From an uncultured Galactobacillus sp. (lineage in GTDB: Bacteria > Bacillota_I > Bacilli_A > Erysipelotrichales > Erysipelotrichaceae): a stretch of 64,000 bases of DNA. Numbering within the stretch: the stretch's first letter is position 1; the number at the start of each line of letters is the position of its first letter. Below are positions 1 to 9,427 of this stretch, piece by piece. The notes under the pieces are model-generated. The model saw only the letters and a program-made list of their open reading frames with translations. It was not told the DNA's origin and made no database searches. The position numbers were made by a program, and so were the translations under genes. The stretch spans positions 12,406 to 76,405 of the forward strand of contig CAZHUX010000001.1 in assembly GCA_964535445.1 (NCBI GenBank), read 5' to 3'.

Positions 1-1394
1 CGTCTGTGTTTTGATGCAATACGATATGCTGTACTTTCTCCATCAATGGTAAAGGAAACATCTTTCACAGGGATATAGCCCTGTGGTGACTGTACTTCAT
101 GAAGGATATAAGAACAGTTATCCTTTAAAGGAACAATATCTGTCCCTTCTTTCATTTCAAAGGTCTGTCTGATATTTCCATTGGCATCCAGAATCTGATA
201 CTGACCTCCTGTAACAGGTTTTGCAGTCTCCTGATCCGTCATAGAAAGATCAATTGTAAATTCAGAAAGCGGTATATCGATCTGTAATGGTTCTGCTTGA
301 TACGCTGTTGTTTCAAACTGCACTTCTTCATTGCCATGATAGCCCTCTGGCCAGTCAGCAGGTTTTACATGATATGTTTTCTCTCTTTCCAGGAGTATTG
401 TTTCTTTTGTGGCATATGTCTCTGTTCCATCAATCTGTATATTCCCTGCAAGTTCCTGATGAGTCTTATTGTCTTTGAGGCTTATGACTGCCTGTACAGG
501 CATATCTTTATGTTCAAAGACGATACCATCTTTATCAACATCCAGAGCATATACCTGAGGATCAATGTAATGATGCGATTCAGTATCTTCCTCTTTCAGA
601 TAATACTTTCCGGTATCTGTGAATGCTTCGGCTTTTCCTTCTTCATTCATGACAAAATGGATTTCCTGATCATAGATATCTCTGGCTGGCTCCTGACAGG
701 TTTCATCCTGATACAAACCGAATACCGAATCCTTTGCCATAGAATCATCATAGAACTTATTTGAAATCTGCATCAATGCATAAGGAACAGCTTCAAGAGA
801 ATAGGTACGCTGTTTCTGATCACGCGCATATTTCTGCACTTCTACTTTCAATGGCTTAGCATAATAGCCTTCTGCCATATCAATTGCGGAAATAATGTAA
901 GTCTTACCCGCCTGCAGCTTTACCCTTTCATCATTCAACAGTGGATAAGAGAGTCCCTCACTCATCCAGTCTGCAGCATAGGTATCACTGCCAGACTCCT
1001 TTAACTGTAAATGTGCAGAGATTCTTTCATTGCCTTTTACCATACCAAAGCGCAGCTGGATCTTGTCTTTGGAAATTGTCAGGGAATCTTTTGTGACATA
1101 GCGGATGGCATCATCCTGATACCAGCCATCAGGTGTACCTGTTTCTTTCAGCCAGAAAGCATTCTGCTGAAGCTCTACAGATGCATTTCCCTTATCATCC
1201 GTCTTCAGCAGAACCGGCTTTCCGTTTTCATCTGTAACTGGTTTTTCACATGCACGGTCTTCATACAATCCATAGCTGACATCACTGACATTGCCGTTAA
1301 TATGAATTGTAAAATCATGTACAGATGATTTTTCTACTGGTGAAAGAAGATACAGAGCTGATATCATGATGCCTGATATCAGTTTGCCAATCAT
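1..1394 (-). CDS. Secreted surface protein with repeated SpaA/Cna-B-type (prealbumin-like) domains. Only the N-terminal part is present; the 3' end lies left of the window.
   Basis: It is absent from the ORF track because there is no stop codon in the window. My minus-strand translation from ATG 1394..1392 stays open to position 1: MIGKLISGIMISALYLLSPVEKSSVHDFTIHINGNVSDVSYGLYEDRACEKPVTDENGKPVLLKTDDKGN... The N-terminus looks like a signal peptide. Strands such as FWLKETGTPDGWY and YILHEVQSPQGYIP match the Y-x-L-x-E-x-x-x-P-x-G-Y pattern of Cna-B/SpaA repeats. The plus-strand ORFs in this region look spurious. Confidence 0.6.
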   Translation of the reverse strand, partial: MIGKLISGIMISALYLLSPVEKSSVHDFTIHINGNVSDVSYGLYEDRACEKPVTDENGKPVLLKTDDKGNASVELQQNAFWLKETGTPDGWYQDDAIRYVTKDSLTISKDKIQLRFGMVKGNERISAHLQLKESGSDTYAADWMSEGLSYPLLNDERVKLQAGKTYIISAIDMAEGYYAKPLKVEVQKYARDQKQRTYSLEAVPYALMQISNKFYDDSMAKDSVFGLYQDETCQEPARDIYDQEIHFVMNEEGKAEAFTDTGKYYLKEEDTESHHYIDPQVYALDVDKDGIVFEHKDMPVQAVISLKDNKTHQELAGNIQIDGTETYATKETILLEREKTYHVKPADWPEGYHGNEEVQFETTAYQAEPLQIDIPLSEFTIDLSMTDQETAKPVTGGQYQILDANGNIRQTFEMKEGTDIVPLKDNCSYILHEVQSPQGYIPVKDVSFTIDGESTAYRIASKHR

Positions 1395-1759
1395 GCCATC
1401 ATCTCCACCTTACCGGCACTTTCCATTTCACCAGGGATGATTTCATCACCTTCAACCGGGATTTCCACATCATCCGCAATGATCTTTGTGATCCACTTCA
1501 TCGTACCATCTGTACCTTCATACTTGCTGGTACGTACAGACCCTTTGATCGTAATACGATCCTGGGCATGAAAGCATTTCTGGAACTTCTCTGCCACGTC
1601 TCCAAACGCATTGACAAACAGATAGTCAGATGCCTTGGAAGGCTGCGGATGCTGGGTACGCACGGTAAACATAGCCATCGGCTGATTGTTTCTGGTCATA
1701 CCGCATCTAGGGTCGTTCATGATAGTACCTGTGATTGTAACGAGATTTGTGTCTTTCAT
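1391..1759 (-). CDS. Single-stranded DNA-binding protein paralog (OB fold) lacking the acidic C-terminal tip
   Basis: The sequence MKDTNLVTITGTIMNDPRCG...FTVRTQH...DYLFVNAFGDVAEKF...ITIKGSVRTSKYEGTDGTMKWITKIIADDVE follows the SSB OB-fold pattern. A GGAGG sits 6 nt upstream of ATG 1759, so the track start at 1771 is probably too early. The stop TGA overlaps the ATG of the downstream gene (ATGA). Confidence 0.6.
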   Translation of the reverse strand: MKDTNLVTITGTIMNDPRCGMTRNNQPMAMFTVRTQHPQPSKASDYLFVNAFGDVAEKFQKCFHAQDRITIKGSVRTSKYEGTDGTMKWITKIIADDVEIPVEGDEIIPGEMESAGKVEMMA

Positions 1760-1840
1760 ATTTACCTCCATCAGACTTATCGTCTCTGTAATAAATATTT
1801 GTAAAAAAATCGCAAATCCCTCAAAAATTTTTAAAAAAAT

Positions 1841-1873
1841 TAAAAAAACTGATTCTGCGTTAACAGAATCAGT
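1841..1873 (-). terminator. Rho-independent terminator after the radical SAM gene
   Basis: On the minus strand, ACTGATTCTGTTAACGCAGAATCAGT forms a perfect hairpin followed by TTTTTTT. Confidence 0.8.
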
Positions 1874-1881
1874 TAGTGATA

Positions 1882-3393
1882 TTAGATATTGGACTGTTCA
1901 GGAGCATTGATATCTGTATCAATGTGTTCTGTGCCGTCTGCATGTTCAAATGCGGCAAGCTCCGGATGTTCTCTCTTTTCCTTAGTGTAGTTCTCATAAG
2001 CAGGCTTCTTATGTTTCTCTTCAGCCCAGATTTCATCCGCAACCGGCTTCCATGCCTCGGCATAAGCCTTGGTCTTGGAAACAAGATGTTCAACATCTTC
2101 CGGAGATTCCTCATTTGTCTGATGAGCACCTGTCTTATGTACCATTTCAACAAGAAGATCAGGGTTCTCAAGCATTGGGCATGGTCTCAGATGGTTTCTG
2201 TTGAACGGCTGTCCTTCATGATATGCCATGAATAACGGACTCTGCAGCATTTCCAGAATAGAAGAATCCTTGATGTTGCAGTTAGAGAAGTGGATGAATA
2301 CACATGGTTCCGCATCACCATTAGAGTTGATATGGAAGTAGTTTCTGCCACCGGCAATGCAGCCGCCGACATATTCACCGTCATTCTGGAAGTCCATTGG
2401 GAAGAATTCGATATCACAATCTTCGCTTCTGATGGAACGGATCTTCTCAATCATATACTTTCTCTGTTCTGGTGTAGGCATCAGTTCAGGAACAGCATTG
2501 TTTCCAACCGGCATCAGATGGAAGAAGAATCCATAATGAGCGCCCTTATCTGCTAAGAGTCTGAAGAAGTCATCAGATGTAACTGCTTCAATATTTGCTC
2601 TGGTGTAGCAGATAGATGTACCAAAGACAATACCATATTTCTTTAACAGATCCATAGCCTTCATAACGGCAGCGTAGTGACCTGTACCACGTCTTGCATC
2701 ATTTGTGTCTGGTGTACCTTCAATGGAAAGCATGAAGGAAAGGTTGCCAAGCTTCTGAATCTTCTTGCATAATTCTTCATCAATCAATGTAGAGTTGGAA
2801 TATGCGACAAAGAAGCAGTCATTATGCTTTTCACAAAGCTTTAACACATCCTGCTTTCTGACCATTGGTTCGCCGCCTGTTAACATATACAGATGAACAC
2901 CTAAAGCCTTGCCTTCTGTAACAATCTTATCCATCTCTTCATATGTCAGAGAAGACTTGCGTCCATATGTTCCTGACCAGCATCCTACACAATGCATGTT
3001 GCATGCCATTGTCGGATCAAACAGAATCAGCCAAGGAATATTGCAGTTGTACTTCTTTCTGTTTTCACGGATCGTCTTTGTGCCTCTGAAGAAAGCCTCA
3101 TAGCCAAGATCCAGAAGCATCATCTTTGCATAATGAGGATCAGCATCATCAATAATATGGTTGATCATGCGCATCCATCTGTTATTTGGATTAGAAACAT
3201 ATTTTCTGACAGACTCAAATGTTTCCGGCTTTGCGTCTGTATAGAACTTTTCAGCCATATCTACAATAGAAAGATATGTAGCTGTTCTTTCATCATAGTC
3301 ATTGGCCTTGTTCAGTTTCTTTAATAAGTTATCAATTACAGCACCAACAGCAGCACGTTCTGCTGAATGTTTTGCATTTTCTAATACTGCCAT
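1882..3393 (-). CDS. Radical SAM protein (HpnH/DUF3463-like architecture) with a roughly 130-aa helical N-terminal extension; function unknown
   Basis: It carries the CX3CX2C motif CNMHCVGCWS, a GGEP motif (LTGGEPM), and the C-terminal segment GGCIAGGRNYFHINSNGDAEPCVF. GGGAGGAG lies upstream of ATG 3393 (MAVLEN...), so the track start at 3417 is probably too early. Confidence 0.7.
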   Translation of the reverse strand: MAVLENAKHSAERAAVGAVIDNLLKKLNKANDYDERTATYLSIVDMAEKFYTDAKPETFESVRKYVSNPNNRWMRMINHIIDDADPHYAKMMLLDLGYEAFFRGTKTIRENRKKYNCNIPWLILFDPTMACNMHCVGCWSGTYGRKSSLTYEEMDKIVTEGKALGVHLYMLTGGEPMVRKQDVLKLCEKHNDCFFVAYSNSTLIDEELCKKIQKLGNLSFMLSIEGTPDTNDARRGTGHYAAVMKAMDLLKKYGIVFGTSICYTRANIEAVTSDDFFRLLADKGAHYGFFFHLMPVGNNAVPELMPTPEQRKYMIEKIRSIRSEDCDIEFFPMDFQNDGEYVGGCIAGGRNYFHINSNGDAEPCVFIHFSNCNIKDSSILEMLQSPLFMAYHEGQPFNRNHLRPCPMLENPDLLVEMVHKTGAHQTNEESPEDVEHLVSKTKAYAEAWKPVADEIWAEEKHKKPAYENYTKEKREHPELAAFEHADGTEHIDTDINAPEQSNI

Positions 3394-3520
3394 ACTATCT
3401 CCTCCCACGTATTGCAATCTACTAACAACATGCGTAACTTTACCACGGGTTGAATCATAATGTCCAATATTTGCTCAGAATTTCAGTATACAGATCTGAA
3501 AAAACGTCAAAGTGGACAAC

Positions 3521-4765
3521 TTATTCAACAATTGGAAGCGTACTGCCCCCATATGGCATCACAATCACGGAAGCCTCTGAACCATATTTTCTCATTGCCT
3601 GATCTACTGCTTCAGATAACGAAGCATATGGTTTTAAGAATGTTTTTCCGATAATCTGTGGATCCATATCACTGACCAGATCTATCTCGGCATGTTTCCG
3701 TATGGAAGCTATTGCACATGCCTTGTGTCCTCCTAAGACAAAGTTTTCATGCAGGGCATGTAACATTTCATCAGGATCGGTATATTTTAACATCCATTCT
3801 TCAAAGTTCTTCTGACCAAATCCTTCCTTACAGGACGCTGTCACAATGACTGTCCCGCCTTCCTTTACGGCATGTCCGGCATTATCCAGCGCTTTCTGGG
3901 TCTGATAGAGATTGCGGTCTTTCGGTGCACCACCTTGCGAAACCAGAACGATATCTGCCTTATGCGGTATGACATACCGGTATATGGAATCATAGTATTG
4001 ACATGCCTTGCGATGTGCCTGTTTCATGTCACCCGCAAAGGAAGCAATGATTTCCTTTCTGGGATTCAATACAACATTGATAATGAAATCAGCTCCTACC
4101 ATTCCGGCGGCTTCTTCAATGTCTTCTCTGACCGGATTTCCATCTAACTTAGCTGTATGGGCATCATCAGAAGTCATGAATTTATGATTCTCCGCAATTG
4201 CACCAGGCACAGACATACCCGGGAATATTGCCTTGGCTCCACCGGAAAATCCGGCAAAATAGTGATATTCTACATTGCCAATCAGAATTCTGCGGTCAGC
4301 CTTTACAACTCTTTCATCGATATCTACATCTGTGCCACGCTTTGTCTTACCGACATGAATTGTATGATTCCAATCGGAATCAAAGCAGGCAATCTCATGA
4401 TATGCCCTTCCTGCCAACTGCTCATGTTCCGCTTCACTCATATTGCGGTGAGAGCCTCTTGCAAAGTATAAAGTGATGTCTTCTTTTGAAATACCTGCCT
4501 TATATAATTCCTGCAGAATACATGGCAGAATAATCCAGGTTGGAACAGGTCTGGTATTATCTGATGTGATAATGGCTATCTTCTCACCAGGTTTCACAAT
4601 ATCCCTTAATTGTTCTGTGCCAATGGGATGCGCAAGAGAATCTTCTACGATTGCCTTTTGATCCAGACCTTCCGGCAGAGAAGATGGCTGTAAAACAGCA
4701 GTGATATTCCTGTCATTTATCTCTGCGGTTTCCGTGTCATAACCTTTCTTTAATGTTATTTTCAT
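3521..4765 (-). CDS. larA: LarA-family nickel-pincer-dependent 2-hydroxyacid racemase/epimerase (DUF2088)
   Basis: The length (414 aa) fits LarA. N-terminal SDNTRPVP and central NVEYHYFAGFSGGAKAIFPG resemble the LarA cofactor-tethering Lys region. Confidence 0.7.
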   Translation of the reverse strand: MKITLKKGYDTETAEINDRNITAVLQPSSLPEGLDQKAIVEDSLAHPIGTEQLRDIVKPGEKIAIITSDNTRPVPTWIILPCILQELYKAGISKEDITLYFARGSHRNMSEAEHEQLAGRAYHEIACFDSDWNHTIHVGKTKRGTDVDIDERVVKADRRILIGNVEYHYFAGFSGGAKAIFPGMSVPGAIAENHKFMTSDDAHTAKLDGNPVREDIEEAAGMVGADFIINVVLNPRKEIIASFAGDMKQAHRKACQYYDSIYRYVIPHKADIVLVSQGGAPKDRNLYQTQKALDNAGHAVKEGGTVIVTASCKEGFGQKNFEEWMLKYTDPDEMLHALHENFVLGGHKACAIASIRKHAEIDLVSDMDPQIIGKTFLKPYASLSEAVDQAMRKYGSEASVIVMPYGGSTLPIVE

Positions 4766-4804
4766 GTCTTACCCTTTCACAAAAAAGGCGCATAAGCGTC
4801 TTTT

Positions 4805-5968
4805 TTACAGAACTCTGACCCGGATCATACCGTTAAGATGCTGCAGTTCTGCGACTGCTTCTTCGTCAACCTGACTGTTTACATCAAAAACAGAATAAGC
4901 AAAATCACCCTGGGATTTATTGGTCATATGTTCAATGTTGATATTATCTTTAGAGAATACCGGCATGATGTTTGTTAACATGCCCGGAATATTTCTGTGA
5001 ATCAGACAGATTCTGTTCTTGCCGCTTCTTTCTAAGAATACATCCGGCATATTCACGGAATTCTTAATATTGCCATTGCGCAGATAATCATCAATTTCTT
5101 CCGCAGCCATGCGGGCACAATTCGATTCTGCCTCATAAGTAGTACCGCCTAAATGCGGGGTTAAGACTGTATTTGGCGCCTTAACCATTTTGGCAGTAGG
5201 GAAATCTGCGACAAATCTTGCGACCTTGCCTGATTTCAATGCGGCAATCATGGCATCTTCATCAACTACTTCTCCTCTGGAGTAATTGATGATGCGTACC
5301 CCATCCTTCATTAAGGCAATCTTATCCGCATTGATCATGCCTCTGGTTTCATCTGTCAAAGGTGTATGCAGGGTCAGATAATCCACATGTTTTAAAAGAT
5401 CATCCAAAGATGCAACTCTGAATACTCTTCTGGATACCTTCCATGCCGCATCTACACTCAGATATGGATCATAGGCATATACCTTCATGCCTAAATCCAG
5501 AGCTATATTTGCGACAAGAGAACCCACATTACCAGTACCGACTACACCAATCGTCTTGCCATAAAACTCAGGCCCGACAAACTGTTTCTTGATCTTTTCC
5601 ATACGTGCTTCAATCGGACCATCAGAACCATCGTAGGAATATACCCAGCGCATGCCTCCCATCAGATCACGGGAAGCCATGGCAATGCCAAACAGGAACA
5701 GCTCCTTTACGGCATTGGCATTTCCACCCGGTGTATTGAATACAACAATACCCTTTTCTGCACATTCTGTTAAAGGAATTGTATTGACACCGATACCTGC
5801 TCTGCCAATGCATTTGAGTTCAGGATTAAAGTCATAATGATGTAAGTCAGATGCTCTTACAAACAAGGCATCCGGATTTTCAATTGCATCACCCATTTCG
5901 TAATCCGGTGCTTTCAGTATTTCTTTTGCACTTGGGGAAATATTGTTCAGTGTTTTAATCCGATACAT
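4805..5968 (-). CDS. serA: D-3-phosphoglycerate dehydrogenase with a C-terminal ACT-like domain
   Basis: The sequence has the D-2-hydroxyacid dehydrogenase fold signature (GVVGTGNVGS Rossmann motif, ...LTPHLGGTT). It sits directly downstream of serC. GGAGA lies 7 nt before ATG 5968, whereas the track start at 5986 is a TTG. Confidence 0.8.
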   Translation of the reverse strand: MYRIKTLNNISPSAKEILKAPDYEMGDAIENPDALFVRASDLHHYDFNPELKCIGRAGIGVNTIPLTECAEKGIVVFNTPGGNANAVKELFLFGIAMASRDLMGGMRWVYSYDGSDGPIEARMEKIKKQFVGPEFYGKTIGVVGTGNVGSLVANIALDLGMKVYAYDPYLSVDAAWKVSRRVFRVASLDDLLKHVDYLTLHTPLTDETRGMINADKIALMKDGVRIINYSRGEVVDEDAMIAALKSGKVARFVADFPTAKMVKAPNTVLTPHLGGTTYEAESNCARMAAEEIDDYLRNGNIKNSVNMPDVFLERSGKNRICLIHRNIPGMLTNIMPVFSKDNINIEHMTNKSQGDFAYSVFDVNSQVDEEAVAELQHLNGMIRVRVL

Positions 5969-7055
5969 TTTCATTCTCCTTTTCAAACTTACGCATAAAC
6001 GCAGCTAACTGCTTTACACCTTCCATCGGCATGGCATTATAGATAGATGCACGCATACCGCCAGTCAGTCTGTGACCTTTCAGGTTAACCAGACCATTGT
6101 CGGCAGCTTCCGCAATAAATTTCTTATCAAGATCATCATTTCCGGTACGGAATGTCACATTCATATCGGAACGTGATTGTTTCTCGGCATGTCCTTTAAA
6201 CAGATGAGATTCATCCAGAACATCATAGAGAAGCTGTGCTTTCTGATGCTTGATCTTCTCCATTGCTTCTACACCACCCTGCTTTTCCAGCCAGTCCATC
6301 ATTAAACCAAGCATATAGATACACCAGCATGGCGGAGTATTAAACATGGAATCCTTATCTATTTCACGCTGATAGCTGAGCATCAATGGCGTTATCGGCA
6401 ATTCATGACCACAGAGATCTTTTCTGACAATAACAACTGTTACACCTGCCGGAGCCATATTCTTCTGTGCGCCTGCATATATAAGTGCATATTTACTGAT
6501 GTCTACGACTCTGGAAGTAATGTCACTGGACATATCCGAGACAAGCGGTACCGAGCCTGTATCAGGCGTATACTGCCATTCCGTGCCATAGATTGTATTG
6601 TTGGCACAATAGTAGAAATAAGATGCATCAGCATCTATATGAAGTTCTTCCTGCAAAGGAATATGATGAAAACCTTCTTCACTGCCATCATAGCTGACAG
6701 TGATATTTCCATACTTTTCTCCTTCTTTACAGGCAAGCTTGGAGAAGTGCCCGGTTACAGCATAGTCTGCTTTACCAGTACGAGAGATAAAGTTCAAAGG
6801 AATCATGGAATACTGTAAGGATCCGCCACCCTGCAGAAAGAGAATCTCATGACTGTCAGGAACATGCATCAATTTCTTAAACTGTGACTTTGTATGATCA
6901 AATATCTCCTGAAACATTTTGGAACGATGACTCATTTCCATAACTGACATACCTGATCCATGGTAGTTGGTCAGTTCTTTTTTAGCTTCTGATAATACTT
7001 CATATGGCAGCATTCCCGGACCTGCCGAGAAGTTATACACCCGATTGTCCTCCAT
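5955..7055 (-). CDS. serC: Phosphoserine aminotransferase
   Basis: MEDNRVYNFSAGPGMLP...HRSKMF...GAQKNMAPAGVTVVIVR is the classic SerC signature. AAGGA lies upstream of ATG 7055. Confidence 0.85.
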   Translation of the reverse strand: MEDNRVYNFSAGPGMLPYEVLSEAKKELTNYHGSGMSVMEMSHRSKMFQEIFDHTKSQFKKLMHVPDSHEILFLQGGGSLQYSMIPLNFISRTGKADYAVTGHFSKLACKEGEKYGNITVSYDGSEEGFHHIPLQEELHIDADASYFYYCANNTIYGTEWQYTPDTGSVPLVSDMSSDITSRVVDISKYALIYAGAQKNMAPAGVTVVIVRKDLCGHELPITPLMLSYQREIDKDSMFNTPPCWCIYMLGLMMDWLEKQGGVEAMEKIKHQKAQLLYDVLDESHLFKGHAEKQSRSDMNVTFRTGNDDLDKKFIAEAADNGLVNLKGHRLTGGMRASIYNAMPMEGVKQLAAFMRKFEKENENVSD

Positions 7056-7122
7056 CGCACATATCCTTTCTATGAACCTTATGGATATTCTAAACACTTT
7101 GTCTTCAGTTCACAACAAATAT

Positions 7123-7151
7123 AAAAAAGAATACCCTTACATAAGGATACT
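7123..7151 (-). terminator. Terminator downstream of tRNA-Leu
   Basis: On the minus strand, GAGTATCCTTATGTAAGGGTATTC forms a hairpin followed by TTTTTT. Confidence 0.65.
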
Positions 7152-7161
7152 CATGAAACAG

Positions 7162-7245
7162 TGCTCCTGACCGGAGTCGAACCGGTATGATATCACTATC
7201 GGCAGATTTTGAGTCTACTGCGTCTACCAATTCCGCCACAGGAGC
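7162..7245 (-). tRNA. tRNA-Leu (anticodon CAA), type II with a long variable arm
   Basis: The minus-strand sequence is GCTCCTGTGGCGGAATTGGTAGACGCAGTAGACTCAAAATCTGCCGATAGTGATATCATACCGGTTCGACTCCGGTCAGGAGCA. It folds into a 7-bp acceptor stem, an anticodon loop CTCAAAA, a T-loop TTCGACT and discriminator A. No CCA is encoded. Confidence 0.9.
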
Positions 7246-7287
7246 AGCAGATTTATTCTATATTAATCATGATTTGTTTGCAATGTC

Positions 7288-7322
7288 AAAGAAAGGGAAT
7301 ATCCGTCATAACGGATACTCCC
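7288..7322 (-). terminator. Terminator after the EF-G paralog gene
   Basis: On the minus strand, GGGAGTATCCGTTATGACGGATATTCCC forms a hairpin followed by TTTCTTT. Confidence 0.75.
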
Positions 7323-7332
7323 TGACATTATT

Positions 7333-9411
7333 TTAAGCCTGTTTCTTAGCCTTTGTTTCCGCAATTACCTTGTCTGCGACCTCTTTAGGCGCCGGCTGAT
7401 ACTTTTCAAAATGCATGACATATGTACCTCTGCCCTGGGTCATAGCCCTTAATTCATTCGCATATGTAAGCATCTCTGCTTCAGGTACATCAGCTTCAAT
7501 GACCTGCTCGCCATCTTCATCAGTTGTCATATCTGCGATGATTCCACGACGCTTTGTAAAGTCACCCATCAAAGTACCGGTGTACTCTTCCGGTGCCGTA
7601 ACCTTGACTCTGCCGATTGGTTCCAACAGAACCGGATCAGCCTTAGGCATAGCCGCATTATAGGCAAGTCTTGCGGCTTCCTTGAAGGCAACTTCCTTGG
7701 AGTCTACCGGATGGTAAGAACCATCATATAACGTAGCCTTGACACCAACTACCTTGAATCCGGCTAATGGTCCATGCTGCATGCAGTCTCTCAAGCCCTG
7801 CTCGGTTGGCGGGAAGAACTGCTTTGGAACAGCTCCACCGAATACTTCTTCCGCAAAGACCATATCTCCATCCGGATCATCGCTCGGTTCAAATCTGATC
7901 CATACATCACCATACTGACCGGCACCGCCGTTCTGTTTCTTATAGCGTCCCTGTGCTTCTGCCTTGCCGCGGATCGTTTCACGATACTGTACTGTCGGCT
8001 TGCTTGTAACAACATCCACCTTGTACTTGGACTTCAGCTTGGAAAGAATCAGATCAATATGCTGATCCCCTACACCATACAGTACCTGTTCATGGGTTTC
8101 ATCATTATTGACAAAGCGGATTGTCTTATCTTCCTGCATCATGTTGCGGATAGCCGCAGACATCTTGTCTTCATCTGCCTTTGTCTTAGGCTTGATGGCA
8201 TAGCCAAGCATCGGTTCCGGATACTGAATCGGAGGATAATGAATGACTCTGCTCTTGGTGCATAATGTATCATTTGTCTCTGTAGAGCCAAGCTTTACAA
8301 CCGCACCTATATCACCTGTAAACAGCTTGCCGACACCAATCTGATATTTGCCGTTGATGACATAAATCTGATTGATCTTTTCCGTAACACCCTTATTGGA
8401 GTTATATACTTCTGAATCACTGTTCAATACACCGGACATGACTTTCAGATAAGAAATCTTACCGACAAACGGGTCAACAATTGTCTTGAATACAAATGCA
8501 CTTAATGCTTCATTCTCATTTGTCTCCATATCAATTGTTTCATTCTTCTGGTTCAATGCCTGTACTCTTCCTACTTCCGCATAAGACGGGAAGTATTCCG
8601 TAATCAGATCCAGCAATCTTTCAATACCGGTCTGATTGATGGCAGAACCACAGTATACCGGATGAATTTCACCACTTCTGACACCGATACGCAGTCCCTT
8701 GGCGATCTCATGCTCTTCAAACTTCTCACCAGAGAAGAACTTTTCCATCAGGTCATCATCCGTCATGGCAATTGCTTCGGCAATCTCATCATAGTATTCC
8801 TGTACCTTCGGACGCATTGGCTCCGGTACTTCTTTCGGATGATCAGGATCGTTGTAATACCATGCCTTGTTTCTCAGGATGTTTACAGAACCTACAACTT
8901 CACGTCCTTCAATGATCGGAACTTCAAACAGGAATACGGATTTACCGAACTTTTCTCTTAATTCATCTACTACTTTAGAGAAGTCCGCATTTTCATCATC
9001 CAGCTTGTTTACAAAGATGATGGAAGGAAGCTTTCTGCGTGATACGGCTTTCTTCCAGGCTCTTTCCGTACCAGCCTGAACACCATCCTTGGCAGATACA
9101 ACAATCAATGCATTATCTCCTACCATTAAACCTGTATCTTCTTCACCTTCATAATCCATGTACCCTGGTGTATCAATAAAGTTTATCTTTCTGTCTTTCC
9201 ATTCAACAGGAGCTAAATGGCAATAGCAGGATGTTCCTCTTTTGCCTTCTTCAGGATCAAAGTTTAATGCTGTAGTACCATCGGCAGCTGGTCCGAAACG
9301 ATTGATTGCTTTTACATAATATAAAGCTGCTTCAATCAGAGAACTCTTGCCGGATCCGGAATGTCCTAAAACAACGACATTTCTCACTTCATCTGCTTTA
9401 TAATCTCGCAT
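7333..9411 (-). CDS. EF-G-like translational GTPase paralog with a non-canonical P-loop
   Basis: At 692 aa it has the full five-domain EF-G length. G motifs are GHSGSGKSS (G1), DTPG (G3) and NKLD (G4). The C-terminal segment ...ANELRAMTQGRGTY is EF-G-like. AAGGGGGA lies upstream of the ATG. Confidence 0.75.
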   Translation of the reverse strand: MRDYKADEVRNVVVLGHSGSGKSSLIEAALYYVKAINRFGPAADGTTALNFDPEEGKRGTSCYCHLAPVEWKDRKINFIDTPGYMDYEGEEDTGLMVGDNALIVVSAKDGVQAGTERAWKKAVSRRKLPSIIFVNKLDDENADFSKVVDELREKFGKSVFLFEVPIIEGREVVGSVNILRNKAWYYNDPDHPKEVPEPMRPKVQEYYDEIAEAIAMTDDDLMEKFFSGEKFEEHEIAKGLRIGVRSGEIHPVYCGSAINQTGIERLLDLITEYFPSYAEVGRVQALNQKNETIDMETNENEALSAFVFKTIVDPFVGKISYLKVMSGVLNSDSEVYNSNKGVTEKINQIYVINGKYQIGVGKLFTGDIGAVVKLGSTETNDTLCTKSRVIHYPPIQYPEPMLGYAIKPKTKADEDKMSAAIRNMMQEDKTIRFVNNDETHEQVLYGVGDQHIDLILSKLKSKYKVDVVTSKPTVQYRETIRGKAEAQGRYKKQNGGAGQYGDVWIRFEPSDDPDGDMVFAEEVFGGAVPKQFFPPTEQGLRDCMQHGPLAGFKVVGVKATLYDGSYHPVDSKEVAFKEAARLAYNAAMPKADPVLLEPIGRVKVTAPEEYTGTLMGDFTKRRGIIADMTTDEDGEQVIEADVPEAEMLTYANELRAMTQGRGTYVMHFEKYQPAPKEVADKVIAETKAKKQA

Positions 9412-9427
9412 TTTGCTTATCCCCCTT

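Noticed and set aside
297-1328. Plus-strand ORFs at 297..764 and 1011..1328 appear in the track.
   Set aside because: Their Cys/Phe/Ile-rich translations are implausible, and they lie antisense to a continuous, domain-bearing minus-strand reading frame.
7333-9411. The EF-G-like gene might be a Tet(M)/Tet(O)-type tetracycline ribosomal protection determinant.
   Set aside because: Its length (692 aa) and sequence do not follow Tet(M) as I recall it. The P-loop is GHSGSGKSS rather than AHVDAGKTT. No mobile-element context is present. I kept it as an uncharacterised EF-G paralog.
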